DNA from: an uncultured archaeon
GTDB taxonomy: Archaea > Asgardarchaeota > Lokiarchaeia > Sigyniarchaeales > Promethearchaeaceae
DNA: 7,975 bases
Direction: 5' to 3'
NCBI GenBank assembly: GCA_964426185.1
Contig: CAYRPF010000077.1
Coordinates: forward strand, 6,749-14,723
The position numbers and the translations under genes were made by a program. Below, in pieces: positions 1 through 6,748 of this stretch (position 1 is the first letter of the stretch; each line of letters starts with the position of its first letter). The notes beneath the pieces were generated by a model. The model ran no database searches, was not told where the DNA came from, and saw only the letters and a program-made list of their open reading frames with translations.

Positions 1-3000
1 ATCTTTATCTTTTTTAGTTGAAAGTTCAGCTAAATTCACATATTTTCCGCCTCTTCTTCGCTTCTTCTGTTTTGAAACTTCTTCTTCTGCTACAGGAGCA
101 TTAATTTCTTTAATTTGATTCTTGATATAATATGCACTGTATAACCAAAGCCCAACAACTCCCACAATAAATACACCAATGAATATTGAAACCAAAATGG
201 AGTGAGTGTTGACTTCATAAGTATTGAAAGTGAAAGTTGCAGAAACGGTGTAATTTTCTCCTGTTTCTTTTACCACGGCCGATACGCTGATATTTATGGT
301 TAGAGAATCTAAATCATAGGATTTATCATAAAAATCAATGGAAAAACCGTAGGATTCTCCTGTAGAAATTTCGAATATATTCAATCCCTTTTTGAGATTT
401 ATTCTAGCGTCGTAATCTGATACAAGAGAAATTGTGACATTGGTATATGAAGCATTTCCTAAGTTAACTAGATGTGCATTAATCAAGTTATGCTCTCCCT
501 TGACTAATGTTTTACTGGAATCCATGTTGATTTCTAAATTCTGTTCATAAATATTTTTTGAAATAGTAATTGTATGATTTACAGCTGCAAAAGTACTGTT
601 TCCTTGAAATTTTACCATAAATTGAACTTCAGGTAAAAGAGGTGTTTGAGACATATCAAAGCTAATTTCAAATTGCCCATTTTCATCCGTAAGAGCGGTT
701 GATCCACTATCGTCTAATTGTAAGGTAGTCCAAATAGGGGCTTCTTGAGCGCTTAAATTATCTCTTGCATCATAATAGAAAAGGAGTTCAGTATTCTGCA
801 ATATCTCGTTATTTTCATCAACAAACTTCCCTGATATTGTCTGTGTTGAGTAATGATCGATAGGTGAAGTTTCAGCTAGAACATCTGAAAAGATACCATA
901 GATTTTATTGTCAACCGTGGTAAAATTGCTTTCATATGCCATAGTCATGAAATAACTGTTATATACTTGAATGAAATAGGTCACATTACCAGGTAAATCT
1001 AAAAGATTTCGTGAAATGTCAGATGTAAATGATGGTCCAGTGAAATCATTATAAGTTCGTGTGGTTAGGATTTTACCTTCAAATTCATTTTCATTCAAGG
1101 ATGAATAATATAAGAGTTGAGATTTAATACTTTCATCAATTTCTTCATCATCAATATTTACAGTAATTTTCATCTGCATAGGCATATTTCGTAAGGGACA
1201 ATTTAATCCACCAGTAATTTCATCAGGAATCGTTAAATTCAATATAAATAAATGTTCATGAGAATTATCGGGTTGACCATACATAGGGAGCAATGCACTT
1301 AATGAAGTTTTTCCAATTTCCCATTTATGATTTTCAGCGTAAATAAGCGTGGCAGTTACGGTCACATTATAATCTAAAGTTGAATGTCGATTTTCCAATT
1401 GAACAGCTACTGTGATATCTTCATTTGGATTGATAACTGTTTCATTTAGAGCATAGTTGGTCAAGTAGAGATCTTGTCCTAAGAAAATTTCATCAGTTTC
1501 ATTTACTAAAAATGATTTTTCATTGTTTATCAATGGTTTTACTGCAAAAATTGTGAAATTAAAAGTGTTGAGATCAGTAGTAAACGGAGTTATTGTTCCA
1601 AACAATCGATTTGTATGTGTTGTTTCTATAAATGAGGATGAATGGATATTTGCTTGATATTCATTAACATAGAATGAAGTTTTCATAAAACCTAATTGAT
1701 CACCATCGGTCCAATTAAGAATCACCGTATATTCTCCAATTGGTGTATTTTCGTCTGTCATCATTATCGCTGATTCTCCGAAATTGAACCAAGAATATGA
1801 TGAATTGTCATCGACTGAATTATCCGAAATAACACTGGATGCCACAAGATTACCCGTAGTATTAAAAATTTGAGCAGTAATCTTTCCGTCATTAGGAAGA
1901 TAGGTGTCGTAACTGGTTAATAATCCAGCAGAAAGAGCAATGACATCCCCTTGCATGAATCCATGAGTTTTCCACAGATTATCATTATATTTTAGGTAAA
2001 GATCGGCTATACGAAGGTAATTTGGTGAAATTGTCGATAAGATATAAGTTGTATTGGTATCAGCTACAGTAGAATTAATTTCAACCATTGTTTTACCATC
2101 TAAACTGTATGGATCGGCGCTTAATTCAAGAATACTCGTGCCATTTTTCTGTAAATCGGCAATTTCCCAGTTACTCGGGAATAAATAACCAAATTTAGTG
2201 AAATTCCATTGAGTAAAAACATTATCATTAGGATCAAAAGTATAGGTAAGATTCCAAGCAGGGTCATAATCAATCGATAATTCAAAAGTACCAACTGCAG
2301 AATCAACCAAATATTTTTGAACAATATATTCAACCGAAAAAGAGATGTCGCCAGAATAAATACCATGATCCCAATCTAGTGAAACAGTGAAATTACCATT
2401 GGATAATGCTATCGGAGTGGAAAACTCCAGTTTTACAGTTCCATATCCCCACCAATATGATGCATAATAAGGTTCATTACCACTACCATCCAAGCGGTCA
2501 TGTGGGTAATCCCAGATGTATGTATCTTCGATTGGAACATCATCAACTGTTAAACCTATTTCGGAGGGATTGTAAGGTCGAGAAAGATTAATGGCAAAAT
2601 TTGAAGCATCTGCTTGAATAGTGGTAGTTACTAAGTGGAAAGTAGCTTCGGCTATTTCCCAATTTGCAGATTTGGATAATAGAAGATGATCAACTTTTTG
2701 GTCAGGATCGAATTTATTATTAATGGGAGCATCATATGGAATAGAAACTAAGCTAAAACGTGTTTCTCCCACTATTGAAGTTGTGTTTGCTGAGATAATT
2801 ATGAAATAGTTACCCACTGAAACATCAATACCAGAGTGATCGGTAGTTAAATTGAACCACATAGGTCTATCGACCGAATAATTCAACAATGTTATTTCAG
2901 ATAAAATGGCTGTTTCGTCTGGTGTGGCCAATAGTTGAGCATTGGTTGGATCAAGAAGAGCACTCCGAGCAATTGGTTCGGAAATATTGGCTTGACAAAG

Positions 3001-3963
3001 TTGAATTGTTAAATTTGAAGTTACCGAATCATCAATATCTAATGCTCGAATCCATGCTTGGAATCCGTAAATGGTTGAATCACCTCTTACATCAAATTCT
3101 AAGGCGATTGGATTGTTTGCACCGAAATTTGTTTCATAACCTTCGATTACATCAACTTGCATACTGTCAACCAATATAGTAAAAGTTTCTGTAGCATTGC
3201 TGAAATGCAATTTTACTTCTAAATCTTTGGTAGAATTGACATAATTTAGGTTTTCATTACGAATATAATAAGTGATGGTACGATATCCGCCTGAAATTTC
3301 TTGAATAATGCGATCTGATTCCAGAGTATCAAAACTACTACTAATATAATTATACAAGGAAGTATCAAGAGCTAAATTTGAATCAGCTTGGACAGCTAAT
3401 TGAATTTTAAAACCTAATATAGTTGAAGTATTATATAAATAAGAAGATGCATCAATTGCTACGTTTAATTCTACTATATTTTCACCAGCTAAAGCGCTAT
3501 CTACAGAAATAAAATCTGCTCCAACGTTTTCTGTTCCTGTAACAACTGTAAACATATCTGAAGTGGTAGAAATGGTAGTTTTATATTTTTCATAATGCAA
3601 AGAATCATCACTTTCAAGTGTAAAATTTGTTAGATGGTTTTTTTGCATTGTAAAGTTAAAAGTACCATCATGAAGATAATAATCTCCAATTTCACTCGAA
3701 ATATTAAATTCATTGACTCCAGTTGCAATGGAGTGATTTTGCATGTATAAATAGACATTTTGAGAATTACCTTGCCCAGTAATCGGGATTTCATAATCTA
3801 ATTGGGAAGCCAGTGGTGTAAATTCTCTATTAGGAATGAGCGTATTTGATTCTTGCAAATGAGAAGGAGTAGAATTTTGAATACTCATTGACAAAATAAA
3901 AATTAGGCCCAATACCACTGGAACTATTTTCTTTTGTATCGATTTCCATCGTATCGTGATCAT
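1..3963 (-). CDS. Large cell-surface (S-layer/adhesin-like) type-I membrane glycoprotein with multiple Ig/CARDB-like beta-sandwich domains; 3'-partial (stop lies beyond the left edge)
   Basis: Manual translation from ATG at 3963-3961 to position 1 gives 1321 sense codons with no stop. N-terminus MITIRWKSIQKKIVPVVLGLIFILSMS is basic then hydrophobic (signal peptide/anchor). The body is T/S/N/I/V/Y-rich with about 37 N-x-S/T sequons counted by hand. It has a prealbumin/Big-like segment (TISGKFVDENNE...LTDENGQFEISFD...VKFQGNSTF) and CARDB-like segments (INPNEDITVAVQLEN; LVKGEHNLINAHLVNLGNASYTNVTI). C-terminal TM ILVSIFIGVFIVGVVGLWLYSAYYI is followed by a charged tail. Purine-rich GAAAGGGA lies just upstream of the ATG. 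Confidence 0.93.
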   Translation of the reverse strand, partial: MITIRWKSIQKKIVPVVLGLIFILSMSIQNSTPSHLQESNTLIPNREFTPLASQLDYEIPITGQGNSQNVYLYMQNHSIATGVNEFNISSEIGDYYLHDGTFNFTMQKNHLTNFTLESDDSLHYEKYKTTISTTSDMFTVVTGTENVGADFISVDSALAGENIVELNVAIDASSYLYNTSTILGFKIQLAVQADSNLALDTSLYNYISSSFDTLESDRIIQEISGGYRTITYYIRNENLNYVNSTKDLEVKLHFSNATETFTILVDSMQVDVIEGYETNFGANNPIALEFDVRGDSTIYGFQAWIRALDIDDSVTSNLTIQLCQANISEPIARSALLDPTNAQLLATPDETAILSEITLLNYSVDRPMWFNLTTDHSGIDVSVGNYFIIISANTTSIVGETRFSLVSIPYDAPINNKFDPDQKVDHLLLSKSANWEIAEATFHLVTTTIQADASNFAINLSRPYNPSEIGLTVDDVPIEDTYIWDYPHDRLDGSGNEPYYASYWWGYGTVKLEFSTPIALSNGNFTVSLDWDHGIYSGDISFSVEYIVQKYLVDSAVGTFELSIDYDPAWNLTYTFDPNDNVFTQWNFTKFGYLFPSNWEIADLQKNGTSILELSADPYSLDGKTMVEINSTVADTNTTYILSTISPNYLRIADLYLKYNDNLWKTHGFMQGDVIALSAGLLTSYDTYLPNDGKITAQIFNTTGNLVASSVISDNSVDDNSSYSWFNFGESAIMMTDENTPIGEYTVILNWTDGDQLGFMKTSFYVNEYQANIHSSSFIETTHTNRLFGTITPFTTDLNTFNFTIFAVKPLINNEKSFLVNETDEIFLGQDLYLTNYALNETVINPNEDITVAVQLENRHSTLDYNVTVTATLIYAENHKWEIGKTSLSALLPMYGQPDNSHEHLFILNLTIPDEITGGLNCPLRNMPMQMKITVNIDDEEIDESIKSQLLYYSSLNENEFEGKILTTRTYNDFTGPSFTSDISRNLLDLPGNVTYFIQVYNSYFMTMAYESNFTTVDNKIYGIFSDVLAETSPIDHYSTQTISGKFVDENNEILQNTELLFYYDARDNLSAQEAPIWTTLQLDDSGSTALTDENGQFEISFDMSQTPLLPEVQFMVKFQGNSTFAAVNHTITISKNIYEQNLEINMDSSKTLVKGEHNLINAHLVNLGNASYTNVTISLVSDYDARINLKKGLNIFEISTGESYGFSIDFYDKSYDLDSLTINISVSAVVKETGENYTVSATFTFNTYEVNTHSILVSIFIGVFIVGVVGLWLYSAYYIKNQIKEINAPVAEEEVSKQKKRRRGGKYVNLAELSTKKDKD
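124..198 (-). other. C-terminal transmembrane anchor helix of the surface protein
   Basis: ILVSIFIGVFIVGVVGLWLYSAYYI: 25 uncharged residues with an aromatic belt (W, Y, YY), followed by a Lys/Arg-containing tail consistent with the positive-inside rule. Confidence 0.85.
3883..3963 (-). other. N-terminal signal peptide / signal anchor of the surface protein
   Basis: MITIRWKSIQKK (basic n-region) followed by IVPVVLGLIFILSMS (hydrophobic h-region). Cleavage site not determined. Confidence 0.75.
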
Positions 3964-3970
3964 TTAGTAG

Positions 3971-3978
3971 TCCCTTTC
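3971..3978 (-). promoter_or_regulatory. Putative ribosome-binding site for the surface-protein gene
   Basis: Minus strand reads ctacGAAAGGGActactaaATG: a purine-rich stretch 7 nt before the ATG in an otherwise AT-rich spacer. Confidence 0.4.
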
Positions 3979-4051
3979 GTAGATTTTTTAGGTTAAAAAA
4001 TTTCATGTAGTTTTTTAATATATTGGATCAGATATTGTCATTCGACAAAAT

Positions 4052-6580
4052 CTATATCTTTTGTGCAAGAATCTTTTTTCGATGAACTAAAATATCATTA
4101 GCTGCAACAAAAGAAAGTTCTGCTAAAGTAGATGAAGTTAATCCAAAACGAATTTGATATATAAGAGATTTTAATTCCGATACATCCATTTCTGGAGAAA
4201 TCAACAACAATAAATCAGATAATGCAGCAAGTAATTGAGCAACTAATTCGGTTAATCTTAGCAGATCATTTACACTAAAATTGGCATACTCGTTTTTTCT
4301 AAATTGGTGTAGTATAAATTCACAATCATATTCAGATATCCACCAAAAAATATACTTGTTGAGCGTCTTAAATCTTATTTTAAACCTTTTTTTAATAATT
4401 GGCTTCAAACCGGATAATAAGTTGGTTAAATTGATACAAGTTGAAGAATCATGAATTTTTTTAGCAAATTGAAAAAGATAATCTATTTCATAAGGATACA
4501 GATAATTTTTTAAGCAAATTTTTCCCAATTCAGTGCATCTATAATATTTTAACTCGGTGTTCTCAGGAGGATAGATGATTTCTATGGTTCCGTATTTTTC
4601 AATTTTGGAAATTATTGATAAAGGGAAAATCGCGCGATAACAAATTTTTTCCGCTTTTTCTTGAAATAAAATAGGATTTTTTATAACACTTGATGGAAAT
4701 ATCAAGGAATTGTCTTGATTTTTGGTAGGAAGTGAAATATCCAATTCTCTTAAATTGTTAATCAAGATTATGAGGATTTTTTTGAGGCGTAACGAGAGGT
4801 ACGGATATTTATTATAAACATTCACGATGCCAAGTGGCGTATTTGAAGTTATTCTTATTAAACCTATTCCTTTTTTGGAATTTATTTGAAGGAAATACGA
4901 TATATGTTTATCATGAAATTTAATATCTTTATTCTCAATTTCCCCTTCTATTATAAATGAAAGTATTTCATCTTCGTGATAATCCCACAATTTAATTTTG
5001 GTAACCTTAAATTCATCTTTTCTTTCTCCCATTTTTTCTTGTTCTAAAATAGTTATCATGGAAATAAAATCTAATTCATGGAGATTCAATAAAGCACTGA
5101 TTGGAATATATTTTGAATTATTGAAATTATGAAAAGAAGATTGCAAGAATTGATCTAAGTCAAAATCGTCCGCTTCCCCCTGTTCGAATATTCTCAGTAA
5201 GACAATTTCTTCTAAAAGATCTTGATTTTTTGCCAAAGAAGATAGAATTGCTTGATATTTTGGATATAATTGATTTTTCTTTGATTTTGTGAAATAATGA
5301 TCTTCTAACCATTCTTTTTCTTGGTATGAATCAACTAATATAAAAGCAAATCCCTCGTCTTCATATTCTAAACGACCTGCTCTCCCGCAAATTTGATGAA
5401 ATTTATTGCAGTTGATAATTTTTTTTTTGTAATGCGAAATTTCTTTTGATTCTTCCGCCGAATTAGGAGTGTTACATTTTTCATAGAGATAAATACTCTT
5501 AAGAATGACAACCTTGGCTGGAGTATTAATTCCTGCACTTAATGTTGTGGTTGAAGCTAAAATCTTGATAAATCCATTTAAGTATAATTGTTCGATAACA
5601 TATTTTTCTTCAGAAGATAATCCTGCATGATGAAATCCAACTCCATGGAAGATAAAATTCCATTGTGAAATGTTTAAATTGTCGAGATTTGTAAAACTTT
5701 CGGTTAAAAAACGGATTAGTTCTTTCTTATTTTGTTGCTTGTTTTTGAAGGGGGAATTTCGAACTAAAAATTCACACATTTGCTCTGCATCTTTTCTTGA
5801 AAGAGTAAAAATCAAAACTTGATTCTCAGAGGCCAGAGGAGAAGATATAATTTTTGCTATTGTATTCTTTTTATTTTTGGTAATTTGTATAGAATAATGA
5901 AGAGATACAGCCCTGTCTTGGCTTTCTATTAAATAAAATTGTGATTGATGATTATTTCTTTTGTAGTTTTGTTTGAGCCAACTGAATACTTCATTTGGAT
6001 TACCAATTGTTGCTGATAAAAATAATAATTGAAGAGGGGGTAAATTAGAAAAAATTCGCAGTAACAAATTTTCGAGCCTTGGACCTCTCATATTATCGCC
6101 TAAAATATGAATTTCGTCCACAATTACCAATCGAATCTCCCTAATCCAAGAATTTTGCTTAATTAATCGAAAATAATGATCAAATTTTTCAAATGTCATA
6201 AAATAACATTGCCCATTTTCAAGATCTTGATAAGAAACTTCAATTCCACCAGTAGATTGGATAAAATTAAATTGGAATTTCTTGTACCGATTTTTAAATA
6301 GGAGAAATTTCTCAGAAACTAAAGCCCGGTATGGAAGTAAATAAAGAATTCTTCCTGCACCTTTGGTTAAAATGTCAATGGTTGTTAATTCGGCAATCAA
6401 TGTTTTTCCAGTTCCAGATGGAGTGCATACTAAGAATGAATTTCCTTGATTTGAGCCTTTTTTAATTGCATTTAATTGATTTTTCAATAAGTAATGGATA
6501 CCATGCTTTTGCAATATCTTAATTAATTCTTTTTTATATCCATATCTTGATAGAATAGAGATTGAAGTCAAATTGTTCAT
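4052..6580 (-). CDS. Ski2-like (Hel308/Hjm-type) DEAD/DEAH-box SF2 helicase, divergent paralog
   Basis: 842 aa ORF with ordered SF2 motifs: Q-motif (LLKNQ), I TPSGTGKT, Ia YLLPYRALVSEK, Ib MTFEKFD, II DEIH followed by the Ski2-type RGPRLE, III SAT, IV LIFTLSRK, the GVGFHHAGL motif, V STTTLSAGINTPA, VI QICGRAGR. Later CTELGKICLKNYLYP and QIRFG match Hel308 winged-helix/ratchet landmarks (TxLG...LY; RxxxG). Confidence 0.92.
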   Translation of the reverse strand: MNNLTSISILSRYGYKKELIKILQKHGIHYLLKNQLNAIKKGSNQGNSFLVCTPSGTGKTLIAELTTIDILTKGAGRILYLLPYRALVSEKFLLFKNRYKKFQFNFIQSTGGIEVSYQDLENGQCYFMTFEKFDHYFRLIKQNSWIREIRLVIVDEIHILGDNMRGPRLENLLLRIFSNLPPLQLLFLSATIGNPNEVFSWLKQNYKRNNHQSQFYLIESQDRAVSLHYSIQITKNKKNTIAKIISSPLASENQVLIFTLSRKDAEQMCEFLVRNSPFKNKQQNKKELIRFLTESFTNLDNLNISQWNFIFHGVGFHHAGLSSEEKYVIEQLYLNGFIKILASTTTLSAGINTPAKVVILKSIYLYEKCNTPNSAEESKEISHYKKKIINCNKFHQICGRAGRLEYEDEGFAFILVDSYQEKEWLEDHYFTKSKKNQLYPKYQAILSSLAKNQDLLEEIVLLRIFEQGEADDFDLDQFLQSSFHNFNNSKYIPISALLNLHELDFISMITILEQEKMGERKDEFKVTKIKLWDYHEDEILSFIIEGEIENKDIKFHDKHISYFLQINSKKGIGLIRITSNTPLGIVNVYNKYPYLSLRLKKILIILINNLRELDISLPTKNQDNSLIFPSSVIKNPILFQEKAEKICYRAIFPLSIISKIEKYGTIEIIYPPENTELKYYRCTELGKICLKNYLYPYEIDYLFQFAKKIHDSSTCINLTNLLSGLKPIIKKRFKIRFKTLNKYIFWWISEYDCEFILHQFRKNEYANFSVNDLLRLTELVAQLLAALSDLLLLISPEMDVSELKSLIYQIRFGLTSSTLAELSFVAANDILVHRKKILAQKI

Positions 6581-6708
6581 TATAGTAATATAGCATTATT
6601 ATTTTTCTAACCCGAAGATTTGATTTTTATCATTTTGCTTAGAAACATTGAATTCTAGATAACAAATTTTTTTAGGTACATGCGACAATTCCTTAATTAA
6701 CATAGATC

Positions 6709-6726
6709 AATTTTAATATTAAAATT
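6709..6726. promoter_or_regulatory. Perfect 18-bp palindrome overlapping a TATA-like box in the divergent promoter region; candidate dimeric transcription-factor operator
   Basis: AATTTTAATATTAAAATT equals its own reverse complement and contains TTTTAATA about 30-38 nt upstream of ATG 6749. It is all-AT, so chance cannot be excluded. Confidence 0.4.
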
Positions 6727-6748
6727 CTTTATATCAGAAGTGAAAAAA

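Noticed and set aside
2121-2366. 81-aa minus-strand ORF from the track
   Set aside because: Out-of-frame shadow entirely inside the 1321-codon surface-protein gene; its Leu/Ile richness is expected from a shifted frame of AT-rich codons.
2406-2591. 61-aa plus-strand ORF from the track
   Set aside because: Antisense to the large gene, short, with no recognisable motif.
3079-3087. RGD tripeptide in the ectodomain (FDVRGDST)
   Set aside because: A single tripeptide in >1,300 aa is unremarkable by chance, and nothing here indicates an integrin-like partner.
2889-3179. 96-aa plus-strand ORF from the track
   Set aside because: Antisense shadow of the large gene with atypical composition (L/H/W-rich).
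4028-4054. Possible TAG readthrough (pyrrolysine) or helicase-surface protein fusion
   Set aside because: An in-frame TGA follows after 7 codons, and the downstream gene has its own start and signal peptide in a different frame.
5419-5428. T10 homopolymer (A10 on the coding strand) in the helicase as a phase-variation tract
   Set aside because: The frame is intact (YKKKI) and poly-A Lys runs are common in AT-rich genomes; there is no evidence of slippage.
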